In this document: positions 12,929 through 27,217 of the stretch, one piece after another | Layout of the letters: every line of letters starts with the position of its first letter | How positions within the stretch are numbered: the stretch's first letter is position 1 | Source of the DNA: Lingula anatina | Taxonomy: Eukaryota; Animalia; Brachiopoda | DNA: 64,000 bases | Direction of reading: 5' to 3' | Assembly: GCA_051362555.1 (NCBI GenBank) | Contig: CM120640.1 | Span: 61,544,788-61,608,787, forward strand | Notes under the pieces: model-generated | Seen by the model: only the letters and a program-made list of their open reading frames with translations | Told to the model about the DNA's origin: nothing | Database searches by the model: none | Made by a program: the position numbers and the translations under genes

Positions 12929-14582
12929 GTCTCATTTATCATGATTGCGTTTATATTGGATGTGCCGTGTTGCGATGGACGACCATTGCAGTAGGTTGAA
13001 AATAAATGAATGTAATTCACACCTTCTGCAACACGTCTCTGCTGCAATGGGAGTGACAATACAGTCCAACAGGTGATCGTATTCAATACTTCACTCAGAC
13101 GTTTTAACATCCATAATTATTTGAGAAGTCTCTCTCTCTCTTTTTCTCTCTCTCTTCAGTCCACCCAAGCAAGATCCCGCCGTTTGACTAGTTCTCATTT
13201 AATTTGATGTCAGCTGCTAAATTTAACTACAGTCATAGAGGAACGAGCTTAACCGAAATTCATTTTCAAAAGAAATCAATGTTCTTCTAACCCGAGGCTA
13301 CTGATCTACCCTTTGCGTTTTCATTTTGTAAACCATTAGGTTTTAAACTTTGATTAGTCATGTATAACACAGCACATTACTTTTCTGTCTATAAAGAAAA
13401 ACATTTATTTTTATTACATACACAAAATTGATAATACATCATATATATATATCCGCAATGTAAGTCTCCTATATACATTTCTTTGAAATCAATACATATT
13501 TATTACCCGTCACGTTCATTACAAGAAAAATAAAAAAGTATTAGCACAAGTACAACCGTTAAGTACAATACGATATACATTCACCTATTCTACTGTATCT
13601 AAAACTAACCTGTTAATCAGATTCTATCTTGAACAACGAAAGCACTGAATAACAGCAATCATGGTCATTTAGCTACTCTTTACTCACCTTACCCGTTATA
13701 ATAAATTGTTTCAGGCATGGGTAGCGGTGGATAATACAATGACAGTATGCTTACCCTGTTCTTGACGGGTATTATGCAACATATTATGCAACTTTTTCCA
13801 GGATTCTAAATTCAGACCACATACGACAATCACACAAAAATGATACAAGCATCATTCATATACATAATACTTTTGATAATTGTTTGTATTTACAATTTAT
13901 AATCGGAAGTCGAAAATCTAAAATGTAGACAACAGCGTCGCTCTGTTTACATCTAACAGCATATCCAATGTAAATGGAAGAATAAACAGCGACCATGCGC
14001 ATAAAAATAAAACTAGTGCACAAAAATCATCCTATAAACAACATGCTGGATCTAGATCGGCGTAGATATCCACTGGGTTACTACATATGACATGGAAAGA
14101 TACTCATGTAATCTTTTGATTAATATTTTGATAAAGTTATTTGCTTCAATCAACAAAACCAGTGCTGCTTGCGGAAACATCATTTTTCAAATTGTTATCA
14201 CGTATGAAACATCTAAATTATTGCAACAGTAAATGACGACGACTTTTTCATTACCAAATTTCAAACACTGCGACTTTCAGGCTGAGCCTCGACCGGAACA
14301 CGTGTTATAAATCAAGTGATATTACCATCATCTACGTGACTGTTGGATTTAACATAATATTTGTTTTTATTTCTTTTCCCCAGGCTTGGAAATCATGCAC
14401 TAATTATGACGTTTAACGATATTTGACAAAGTGGAAAAATTCACTGTCTTTTTTGTGTGTGTGCGTGCCGAAGGGTACAGCGTTACCCAACTCTACGATA
14501 ATACAAGAATTTGAAACCATATATACAATGTCCGACGTGTACGTGATACCGCCCATGAAGAAATTGAGTAGCCCTTTACTCA

Positions 14583-15254
14583 TTAGACGACATCTCCTGT
14601 CACGTGTCCCCCGTTGGTCATCACTACGCCATCTACAGTAGCGTGAGGGGTCTCCTGCAGGTCTCTCCATGGGATGATAGAGTATTTTAGGCGCTGAAAT
14701 AATAAAAAAGACTTATCCAGTGACAAAGACTTATATCTTAATGGTGATTTTCAAAATGCATACTGTATCTTTAAAATGAATGTTTGGGATACTGATAGGC
14801 CCTACTACTCAACTAGACTTAGGAACTAAGTGGATAAATGTAAAATGTTTTACTAAAACATATAGGCTATGCTTCATTTTTGGTAATGGGTTAGAGTGTC
14901 TGTGAATTTGTTTTGAAAAACATAAACGTACTTCAATAAGAGTGCCTGGTGTGGAATACAGTTTGTAGATGGCGAAGGCGGGGATGCAAACCATGGAAGA
15001 ACATGCAATAAACCACCCAATCATGTTGGCCCACCAAGGATACTGATAATCCTCATACTGGAGGGGCTCATACTTTACCAGTCCAAATACCATGATAAAC
15101 TGAAATTGAAACCAAATGTTGCTTGTTAATAAAAATAACAAACAGACATTTATGTAACTCTTACTCATAGAACAAAATTAAATTTAGGCCTACAGTTGCG
15201 TCCTAGGAATCTTATTCAAGAGCGTGTACTTCACTGGAATGTCTACTCCTGTGT

Positions 15255-15308
<54 letters not shown>

Positions 15309-17559
15309 CAGACAGACGTAAAAATATCATACCAGGATGAAGATGGGGGCAACAAACATCCAGCAAACCCTCCAGAATATGCCAGGTTTGAATCCCAACA
15401 TCTCCTGGATGTCCTCACAGAACCGGTCCACACCTGAATTCATTGAGAATAGGAATAATTACACTTGTCATTTTCTTTTTCTCTGTCATCTCCATGGAAT
15501 TTGTGATTGACTTTTTGTACCTTTATTTATGCATTAATTTATTTGTTAATTTGAAAAAAATTGAATTTGACTATAATTATTGAAAATGTGATTCATTGTT
15601 ATTAATTAATATATAAAGGTCCATGCATTACATATATTTATCGACCTGTGAAACATTCACCCAAAACCCTTTGAGAGAAAAGGGTTAACAATTTGGTTTG
15701 GCTTAGTTTACTCATGAGAAGATTACCATAAAACCAAGAAATGGCCATTGCTTCAAAGAATACTGCAAACATTATGGAGTATCCGGCTGCGAATCTGTCC
15801 ATTAAATGGACGACAAGGACACCACCCTACAAGAGACGCACAATAAATGTAAATTAGCTCAAGTATTAATAAAAAAATAACTTTTATCAAAATTATTTTT
15901 TTCTTACCATCATAACGATTCAAAGAACTAATGAGATCATAATGTAAAAATATTGTTCTTACCTGTGAACAGCTTGCTAAGCCAACGAGAAAGTATAGAC
16001 TGAACAGGACTGCGACGAAAATCTCTCTTTTCTTGTGCAGTATTGGAAATTCGTCGCTGATGGCTGTTATGACAGCTTCCGAACCTCCGAACTGAAACAA
16101 AAAGATCTCCTTTGAGTTTAAATACACGCTGTCGTTTGGACATGTTCGAGTACAAAGGTGTGCGAGTTCCCACATAAAATTATAACTTAAAATATTAAAC
16201 ACGTCTGTAAAGTGTTTTTAAATGCTGGTAAGGATAGGGAATACGGAATTTTCTACTTTTAAAATACGGTTTATCATTTATCTGTATCTAGTGAGACAAT
16301 CTTGTGTATTTACAGACTTAATTGCTTACTGAACTGTCCAGACCGAGTGTTAGAAGCATCATGAAGAAAATGAGAGCCCAAAATGTTGACCCTGGCAAAG
16401 TGGCAATTGCTTCTGGATACACAACAAACACTAACCCAGGCCCTACAGAGTAAAACGTAAATTTCTTTTAGAAACGCATGCACATTAAACCATCAGTAGC
16501 TGGAATAGAGTTTTAAGCTGTAGTGCACACTTTCTTGAGTCCGTGGGACATTACACTTATTGTTTGTTCTCGATCTTCGATCTTTTTTCTTATGGTTACC
16601 GCCTATTTTTATCACTGAGGATCTGGTGCCAGGTATGAAGAGTTAAATACCAACATTTTGATATGATTAAAACGTACATATTTACCTTCCGTCGCCACTT
16701 TGTCGATAGGAATATTGCTTTTTGCAGACATATACCCCAGAATGGAGAAAATAACAAAACCTGACAGAAAGCTGGTTGCACAGTTAATGCAACTAGTGGC
16801 TATAGCATCTCTGGAATTATAAAAAGAGAATTTAAATGGTGCAATTTCTGTTCACATTATTAAGAATGTAGTGTTTATATCATAATCCTCGGTCACATTA
16901 ATACCCGTGTAAAATGAATCAGTTATAAAATGGTGTTGTTAATTCTGATCTTTATCTTAGTATATTTTGATATGGAAGACTTTCATTAGTTGTTAAAATC
17001 ACGAAGAATGTAATTACATAACCAACTGTACTAACGTTTTTGGTATATGTAAAATTCAGTTTTGATATTAGTAGGCCTACTTATAGTTTGGACTCCCATA
17101 ATTTATCATTTAAGTTTGCTTACTTGTAGACGTTATTGTGGAACTTGTTGTAACTAGCAAACGCAAGTAGTACCCCAAACCCCGGTCCAAGAGAGAAGAA
17201 AATCTGTTGTGCCGCATCGACCCAAACCTACCAAAAAATAATTTCAAGAAATCAGGTAATGATCTCCAGCTGACTAGTTTTATAAAAAGCATTCAATGTA
17301 GTACGTGAACATGAGTCAATTTGAACTTCTTCTCAGCCGTACCTGTGCCTTCTTCATCTCTGCCAAGTTTGGTTTCAGATAGTACATGATGCCGTCCACG
17401 GATCCCGGTAAGGTTAGTCCTCTGATGAGAAGAATAAGCAACACCACATACGGGAATACGGCAGTGAACCACACCACCTGCAAGAGAGGTAGATGGGTCC
17501 ACAAGTTACACCTTAGGTATGCATGTCATTTCAGTTGACAGATGGACATATATTTTAAG

Positions 17560-17595
<36 letters not shown>

Positions 17596-20500
17596 GGAAA
17601 GAGAAATAAAGGAAACAGACTTAGGGATGTGGCATGACTACATCCATACATATTAATGGCTATCTACCTTTCCGGAGGTTGATATTCCTTTCCACATACT
17701 GAAATAGCAGATGAGGTATACCGCTAATAAGGCGAGGACGAGTTGCCATTTTACCATTCCTAGGTCATGAATGCCATCACTCTCGTGCATCTCCAACACA
17801 TGGCGCCTAAATCAACGACCATACATTTTCACCATATACATTTGATATTCAAAAAGGAATCTGTTCACATTACAAAAGAAAAAAAGAAAGCTTATAATAA
17901 ATCGATGAAAAGTCTCATTTTACTCTCTTAAAAGAGCCTTTTAATTTTGATAATCTAATCAAGTGTACACTCAGCGTGAAGCACCAAATTAAACTGAAAG
18001 GTATGAAAACATACACTTACGCAAAATACTCCCCCGCCGGTGATTTCCTCTCGGTTGTTGTCATTGCCATAGCCGTAGTGTTATCAATAAAAGTCTGATT
18101 TAGATAACTTCCATTAATTCCGTAATTGACGTACAGGTCACTTCCATTGTTCATAAAATTCGTCAATGCAACTCCAACGACCTTATCTGAGGCCGAGAAG
18201 TTGGAAAAAGTCCAATTTCCAGGGCTCTCTGTGGACATGAGATCGTAAGGTGGTCGTTCCGATGCTTTTCCGTCGAAGCAATCATCAGTGTTCCATGAGT
18301 TGCCGCACGTTGACCACGGTAAATTGGTGGTGAACGAAGCAAAGAAGTAATACAGCGACCAGGCTATGATGACATTGTAGTAAAAATCTGTGTAGAAGGC
18401 TATCAGAACTACTGCATAGCCGATACCTTAAAGAAAAATATCAAAATGTTTGACAATTGTTGCATGCCATATATAATAAGCTATCGACCTGTTTTTGAAG
18501 GCAATGCAGATAGGTAAAGTCGTCAAGTTCATGGTATCGTGGAGTACCCATAGTATACATAAATTATCCCTTAAAACCAATAACCCCAAAGTTTTAACTG
18601 ATTTATACTAGTGTTTTTTGAAAATTATCGCCTATTGACAAGATTTGAGTAGATAAATTATTTGGTGTACACAGTTTTCTTTCAATTAATATTTTCAAAC
18701 AGAGCAGTCTTAGTTTAGTTGATAAACTGATACCAATTAACCTCTATGAACAATCTGTGTATGTATACTTACCTTTTAATAAAGGACATATCCTTCCCCA
18801 GCAGGTTATTGCACCTTTTCTTGTATATTGGCCCAAGGCAAGTTCCATATAAAATAAGGGAATTCCCCCAAAGATTAACATCAGGCAGTAAGGTAGCAAA
18901 AAGGCACCTATAAAACAAATAAATTATTATTATTATTATTATTATTACATCCTAAATTTTATTGATGCCTGATATGAAGACACGTAAACGTTTTGATATG
19001 CAGCATTGAGCAAGCTAGGTATGTTTGTCTGTGCTCATATTTCCAAATATTATTTTTTAGTTGGCTTTTCAACGAACATAAAAGAGAATATTGTTAATAC
19101 TAATAAAAAAATCTTTGACAATGATTATTTCCGACTGTAATGAATAATCCATCATCGTGTTATCCTGTCGCCATATACAATGCAAGAAACCGCAATGGAA
19201 GTTTTCGTATCCTTGATCACAAACACCCAATCCTGCCCGACCAATTGTTGGCAATGTTATTTCACCACACCAACCCAATCTGATTTATAGCTAGTGTCGT
19301 TCATATCGCTTACTGTCTGAAGCAAAGTTTTGATGAATGTACTTGACTGAAAACGTTTTTAGCCTCTCAAAAAATATTAAACAATACAATAGCCAATTTT
19401 ATCAAACCTTCCATGTAACAGTTATGTGAGTGAGGATTGTTTAAATGCCAAAAACATTGGTATCGAGTATTCGTAATATTTTTTCTTATTTCTGTTATGC
19501 AGATATATCCGTTTTTGAAAACTGCAAATGTATGAGGACGGTGGATAGTGTGGCTATCGTAGTTGGATTAAGACCGATTTGACCATTCTTAAGTAAGAAC
19601 AGTTGAGTTGCTTAAAATTTCTGTAAATTGCCAATTAAAAGTAGATTATCACAAGTCTTTTCAATTCATTAATCAGAACTGGGTAGATTTCTTTTCCCAG
19701 TGACCAATCTGGAATCGACGCACTCATCATTTCTAGTTCCGGACCGAGTCAAGCGCGCCATTTGGAATCGGGAAACGCCATTAGGGAGTGGCAAGTCAAG
19801 CCGTTTTGCTGAGAACTTTTCGACGTTGACTCTTCGATTTTCCATTACAAGTGCTGAGATATTGTATACGCTTACTTTTTTTCATGTCACCCTTTGACGT
19901 CATATTTTAGCCCCGGAATCTGAATAGTCTATCAGAATCAATGTAAATCTCGAGATTAAGTCTCCTTAATCCAATATAAAACAGCGGAGATGGCTTGTTG
20001 ATGGCACTTGTCGAAACAGATTTCGACCCCTAAAATTTAAAGGAAATTGAAAAGTTGATGTGCAATCTGCAGGGTGCTTTTATGTGGTTCACAAATATCT
20101 GCTTAAAAGTGAAATATTGTGTTAACAGGTTTTACCTTTCGCCGCGGTCTGCGTGCCTTGAATCAAGTCACACTGATTTTATGTTCTGGAATTAGCTGAA
20201 GGCTTTCCCAATAGGGCAGTAAGAAATGGAACATTGCCTCAAGTTCTTGTGCAAAAAATGAGACTTATAAGACACGGGATTAAAATAAACCCCGCATTCT
20301 AAAGTTACCAAATTAAGCATTTTTCCAAATTGGTCGTGACAAGTTCCTGTAGTCTTTTCTGTGTTTGAAACAAAATTTTTATGGCTGCTTTTTTATAAAT
20401 GTTTTATAAGATTAATCGACATGGGAAAGTAGGGTTTTATGGACATCACCAACAGAATACGCGTTGAAGTTCAGTAGGTGTTTTTAACAGCTGCTCTGGA

Positions 20501-23500
20501 AACTTAACAGGTGTCGTTTTGTTATATAATAGATGAATCGCCGAATATCAAAATGCTGATGCCTTTCTGTAACAGTAAAAGTCAACTACTCACGAGGCGT
20601 CTATTCTTTCTACATGATGTATTATAGTAGAAGCTTATTCACAAAACTATGGTTAATGAACCAAAACGTCAAAAAGCAAACTTAATGGATTTTCGCCTCT
20701 CAGTGACATAACGCAAACCTTAATCTTCAGGAAAATAACGGGTCAATAGATCATTGCACGACTTCAGATTTTTTATACAGCCTACTTCATCATATTCTAT
20801 CAAATCGTGTCATTAACAATATTGTGGTTATTTGTACAACAAACTGCCATTACTGATAAAATGATGCCTTGTCATCCCATTGCTGAAAACGGGAAGAGCT
20901 TAACCACTTTAAAAAGAAATGTTCAAAATTTTGCATCTCGCCGACCTTATCACTCTTCGATCAATTTATCCAGGGCCGTTATTCAGATTGTTCTTATTAT
21001 CAGCTATTAACTTCAAACTACGTATCTCTTGAAAGCCTGTGATTATCGTGGCAAAAAGTTTGAAAGGAAGCAAAACAGATGCGCATGTGTGTCGATAAGT
21101 CATATGTTCTTTAAATAAGTCGGTTTGTGGGTTAAGGAAATTGAAGAAACAGTGTAACATTGAAAAAGCGGCTGGTCAATTCTAATGGGTTTTTGTCTTC
21201 AAGGTGTTATTCTATTTATCTCGATAAGAATTACATTAGATTTACTTGGTTTATTGACCCGAGATTCACCAGGTTAAACACTGCAGTTAATGTATAGTCT
21301 GGCACTAATTTTGCGTCATCTCATTAAGTCAATTGTTAGTTTGCATATGCTCATGGGAAAAAGCTGTTTCTGAATAGAATTCGACTCAAAAGTTTTTCCT
21401 CTATTGGCAAATTTGTTTCACATGGCCTTCAGTGTTTCCCCGTTTACCTTTACTCGTCATCAATAGTGTAGCACAGACATCTAGATGCCCGTTCGTATGG
21501 TCAAGAAGACCAGTAGACAACAATACAAGGAAATTGGTTTGAGACAGGAAATTACAGACTTACTCCAATGTCCGACATCAAAGTTTATATAACGAACAAA
21601 ATCTTTAATCCTTCCAATTTGGCAATCACTGTTAGACTTTATGGTATTTAAAGGTTTCAGTGCGAAAGGGAAATTACGTTCAATAAAACGTGTTATTTTA
21701 AACACGTCGGTGAATATAAAATTAATGAAAAATACGTAAACATAATAAAATACGGATATCACTACATGAGTCTCCTGCATATTCCAGTCGATTCCAATTT
21801 TTCTTTTCTCGTCTTTTTTCTACGAGTACGTTTACCACGAAAAAACGTTGCGCTTATAATGAATACTCTTCACCAAATAACTGGAATACCTATATATGCA
21901 TGTAGCTTTAATAGACGTCTACGCAAAACAGGAATACCAGGCACATTGCACTTAGGCTTTTTCGACAACTTTCAAGTTAATATCTTCAGTGATGTTTAAA
22001 AGACCATTTTCCCGTTTGGTATTTTTCTTGTGTTACCACGAGGACTTAAGGTTCACATTCAGCTTGGGACCGTTAACCAATTTTACGATTAACTAAAGAC
22101 GCATTTCTTCAGCGCATTTGTACCGTTCGTAGGATAAACTTACCTCCGCCATTTCTATAGCACAAGTATGGGAACCTCCAAACATTTGCCAGATCTACTG
22201 AAAATCCAATAACAGACAGAAGGAAGTCTATCTTCTTTCCCCATGTTTCTCGTTCGTCACTTTCGGGTAGACCTTTGCTTTTTTCGTCAACGGCTCCCTT
22301 GACATCATCTCCTTTGGCGAGGCTGTCACCCAGGAGATTCTCTGCAAGTCACAGAAACAAAATGACATAGAAGCATTTGCAGGTTCTTACTACTTTCTCG
22401 CAATTCCAAAAATTTTTGCAACACCTTTTAAGATAAACTCCCCCTGTGCAAGGGAATACAACGCATTTTGATGATCAAACAGGTCTTTTTGTAAAGAAAT
22501 TGCTAGTGTTCAAAGAATGATAAAATGAGAGACAATCTTTAAAACGTACGTCATCAAATGTGAGTCCAATATTAATTTCCAAAACTCTGAAGCCATTTCG
22601 AATAGGGTTACTATATGAATATGCACAAAACTGAAACTAAATTAAGATCTCTAAGTAAAACAACATACTTTTGAAATACTGTACAACTGGCTGTGTCAGT
22701 TTTTGAACACTGCTCTCCGACAAAGGATAACACTGATTTTTCTTTTCTTCTTTCTCTTCGACCACTTCCATGTTAACTCTGTACTTGTAATGCAGCAAGT
22801 AAGAATTTTTTACGCTATTTTCCCTTTAAAAGGGTTTATTTGAAAATTCCTCTCGGCGGAAGAAACAGTGTTCATTACTGATGAATTGTATCATTAATGC
22901 ACATTATCGTAGACATTTGACAATCCATAGATTAATGATCAAGGCTTTTCAAGTTGGCCTCGTTGTCTGTGCATGACCGACCGCACCACCAGACTTACGT
23001 ATCTGAAGAAATGTATGAAGTGTCTTGCGAAAATGTGCGGTCGTCATGACTTTCTTTATAACCTTCTATTCCCTGTAGCGTGAAGAAAGGAAATAATTGT
23101 TCATAGTCCGTTGCATGTTGATGTGACCAGGCACTGAGAAAATCTCTTTTTAGACAAACGTGGTAGTTTATTAGTTAATGTGTGACCTTTAAAAATGATC
23201 AGATTTCAAAACATTATTTCTGGTTGACATTATAATGAACTGTGTACCAAATGGGTGTAAAATTATCTGATTTTACTGGTTTTTATATTTCGCCAAATAA
23301 TTTTACCAGAAACAGCGTGTATAAATGCGATGTTACAGGATAACTGACGTCAGTGATGTGCTTGTAAAAGTTGGGGGTAAAACTCAATGTACATTTAGGC
23401 AATTAACTCAACATCTCTTGACTTTCAGAGGACATAACTGATGGATATAATATTTGAAATGCATGACGAATCGTCTTTAACTACATACCCTGTAGTAATA

Positions 23501-24188
23501 TTATTACGAATATGAGACAAAAAATATGAGCCCTTGGCTATTTATAGGCCCATGAAGAATTGAGAAACAATCGTTTTCTGCTTACAAGTCATTTGTGTTT
23601 AGTACGCTATGCGCCTTAAGGACAGCGAGTTCATGGGTGCAAAGTTATTAACGAACAGCTCTAAATAACATAAATGTACTACAAATAACTTCATCGGCTG
23701 GTGGTACCCCTGTGTTGACGAAAAAAAGGACGTTACAGCACTGTTGATTCCATTGCGACTGTTACAGTAACTTTCACACAGTCATGTAATTCAATTTCCC
23801 TAACAGAAAACTGTTTTCATCGTTGCAACACTTTGATGCCATTCTGCAAATATCTTAAAATAGTTTACGATTTGACGAAGCAGTCCCTATGATGTGAAGA
23901 TGCAATCACGACCTTCACCATTTCACCAAAAGAAGGCAAAACAAAAACAAGACCCAAACAAATTAAATAGACCTTTACAAATACAAAACAATTAATTTTG
24001 ATAACAGTTGACATAGCTTAAGTGCGAGTTTTACATTGTCGTAATTTTGACAAGTGGTCTTAACACTTAAAAAAGGGGGCAGAAATGATACGTGTGTTAA
24101 ATTTTCGAGAGTCAGAAGAGGAAAACTCACCCTGTGCAGCCTGTTCTTTGCCCTCATCTTTACGGTCTATGTCGTCTTCCAGGCCCAT
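14583..24188 (-). CDS. DAT: Sodium-dependent dopamine transporter, invertebrate DAT type (SLC6). Coding exons: 24131-24188, 22144-22341, 18773-18907, 18021-18426, 17668-17806, 17343-17477, 17124-17227, 16686-16810, 16330-16442, 15963-16091, 15727-15826, 15333-15433, 14932-15099, 14583-14693
   Basis: All introns are GT-AG with consistent phases. Motifs: [34 protein letters not shown] (TM1 Asp), [15 protein letters not shown] (TM3 Asp typical of fly/nematode DAT), [21 protein letters not shown] and C-terminal PWRD...GDVV*. The first coding exon ([10 protein letters not shown]...) is less certain. Confidence 0.9.
15256..15306. repeat. A51 homopolymer in a DAT intron
   Basis: Direct reading. Confidence 0.9.
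17560..17595. repeat. Compound (GT)n(GA)n microsatellite
   Basis: Direct reading. Confidence 0.9.
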
Positions 24189-27171
24189 AGTGAGTTAAAA
24201 ATTGGAGTATTTTCTAGTTTTCTGGAGTTGTTGTTAGTTTTTAATCAGATCCATTGGATGTGAACTAAACCTCTCGAAGATCTGCGTCTTTTGCTCTCAC
24301 TTTTCTTGTCTGCAAAATGTAAAACAGTATCCAGTTTCATCGATATTGTCAAAAGCATGGGATGACAAAGTTTTTAACATTCATAAATTTAGCTACCATG
24401 CATTCTCCACATTCTTGGATCTAGTCTAGAAGAGAAGTGTACGAGGTGTATCGCTCTATCTCTTTGGCATCAATTTTTAGCCTGCAGAAAAACTCGATCA
24501 GAACATTGAAAAGACCCAATAAAAATTAATCAGTACACATGATAATCGTTCTATCCTGGACAGTTAGCAGAATGTTTTCTCAGCGTCTATCAGCGAGCAA
24601 ATACAATGGCGATACGCTATCCGTTATCGCTGTTTTTTGAAAAAAACTTTATTTTCAACAATGATCAGATAAGTGCTGCTCTTTTGAAACATTTTACAGT
24701 TTAGTATACCAGGAGCTTACAAATATTAGCCCGATCGATCTGAACCTCTGGCAAACCTCGCGCTAGTCGAGCGTTCATCGATTAATAAAGCAAACAATCA
24801 AAACTAATTCCAAAACCTACTCCAGTAAGAGTTACTTGAGTCTAAAACAACACGTTCTACAATCCAAGAGGAAACAGGACTTGATTGGACAATCTGAGAG
24901 AAGCATATAAATAAAGGTGCAAAATGATGCTTTATTCACTGTTCAGGTCGCAGGAAAGATCGAAGAAGAAATCAATGGAGCTCAAAAAGCCGTGCGAAAT
25001 TCGAATGTCGGCTGCTTAATAGAGTGTGGAACCGTCCTATATTTAAACGAATCATTTAATTTTTTTAACATTTCATACTTCTAAGGGCCGTTTAGCTGTC
25101 AGTTTATCATTCTGATATGTGTACAACTTTTTAATGAAAAATTGTCATTGCAATTCAATGCATTTGCTGTGTTAATCAGTCTGTCCCCTCCTGCAATTTG
25201 ACGGTTATATTGGCTTTGCGGTTGTATTGTGGCTGACAACCAACATTGACCACCAATGCCTTCTTCCAAATCACATTAATTGAAAAGAGTTAAGAAGCCA
25301 TAAGTGTGTTTAATACATCGAAAAATCGTAGTACTCCAATGCCCTGTGGTGCACGTTCAGTAACCAGACTCTGACCGACCCTAGGCCTACAGAAGTCAAA
25401 GGTCGCGCCTTCCCCGTGGTGGCATCAACGATTTTATTTCTCACAGACTTCCAGTGCGTCGATGTTTTTAATGAGGAAATTTGTCTCGAAAACCAATCGA
25501 AAACTGACGAACAATTTGCCAGGGGGAGGCTTTTAATGGCCCAAGAAGAGAATGGATGATATGGATCTTCTGCCGCACTCATTATGATTTAAGATATTTG
25601 TAAATCTGAGGCAAAATTATGATTTTGGTGTTGACGTTAAAATGATTTGTATTTACACAGTTCTCATGACAGTCCTTTATTACTTATCTTTAAGAAAAAA
25701 ATCAATAAAAAAATCTATTAATGGAACAAAATAATATAAGAAAAGGCTATCTTTATAAAAAAAAATTTGAAAACTGCGCTGATTTATTGCACAAAATTAA
25801 AGATGACAACGCCTGACATATAGAAGGGAAATGCGCATAGTCATGTTCAATCGTTCGTGTGTATGAGCAGGATGTGAGAACAACCACGTGTTTGGAAAAT
25901 TACGAACTTTGCGAAAACAGGCCTCGCGTCAAATTGACATTATTTTGGCAGGTTAGACAATGATTATGGCAGAACGGGACCTCCCTTACGTGTTCGTTTA
26001 TGACGCTAGTTTTCTTAACTTGTGATCAAATTCAGTTTTTGTCCGAACAAACCAATTGACGCAGTAGAGGGTATTTTGCATTAAGTACGATAGCAAAGCA
26101 ATCTGGGCCAGATTTTGTGCTAATTTTGACTGTTCCTCTGTAAGTTACTAACAAAATGTCCTTTATTGCTTCTAATAAAACCCTTGCTTGCAACAAAAGG
26201 GGAATTTTGAATTCAATCGAAGCCAGAGATGCCAACATATATTTTTAAGAAATACAGCGATTCATGTCAAATAAGATATTTTATCAAAAAGGGTGGATGT
26301 GGAGCATTGTAAGTTAAATTTTCAATTGAGCTCATTACATTTGCTATATCTATCCCATACGATATCTGTTTATTCATTCGATTTAAATGAGTATGACTTT
26401 GCTGTAATTTAATACATATCCTGTAAAACAAATGTTAATACTGACGCTTTATCTCCTTCCCATGCAAACCCGACATGTAAGAAATGCTTCCTGTCCACGT
26501 CAGTAGTGTTGTCGATTTTTACACATGCACAATACTTGCTATTTAAACCCATTCTCGCAAGAAAAGATCCAAGGAATTTTACAGTCTATAGATGCGAAGC
26601 TCATCGGCAAGTCAAAGTCACGTGCACGTGTGGGTATTTACCTAATGATTAGCTCGACTTCCTTTTGTTTTCTCGGTTAAATGGAGTGATAGAAAACATG
26701 CTACTGTGGGTTGAACATACCAATTGGCTTCAGCAATAACAACTACAATATATTTAACGAGTTTGGTTCAAAAGAATTGCTTCTTAATCTTTTCTTACGT
26801 AGCCTACATTACTTATCATACTTAAAAGTATATCAATAATCAGGGGATTCTGTGACGGACAGTACCGGTAGAAAATTAGTGTCCAACAGCTATGTAATCT
26901 AATTTTTGTACGTTTTTTGCATAATAGCTTTGATGTGTTTTGTGTAGACGTTTAAGTTAATCGCTGCAGACACAGTACTGAAATTATCAGTTAGTACAGA
27001 TGGATACTTATGAAATTGTAAGGATTTCAGCTTTTAATATTGTGATTAGATCGGCAAATTAACATTACTGATACGCGTGAATACTGTTAAATCGTCCGAA
27101 AGCATGAGGAGTATGGTCCTAATTGACTTTGATCTTATGTCATCTTGTGATCCTACTATTGTCAAAAAACA

Positions 27172-27172
<1 letters not shown>

Positions 27173-27214
<42 letters not shown>
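27173..27214. repeat. (AAT)n microsatellite
   Basis: Direct reading; it explains the poly-Ile ORF 27046-27258. Confidence 0.9.

Positions 27215-27217
<3 letters not shown>

Noticed and set aside
25310-25582. 90-aa ATG-initiated ORF upstream of the DAT coding exons
   Set aside because: No phase-compatible donor into DAT and no recognisable domain.
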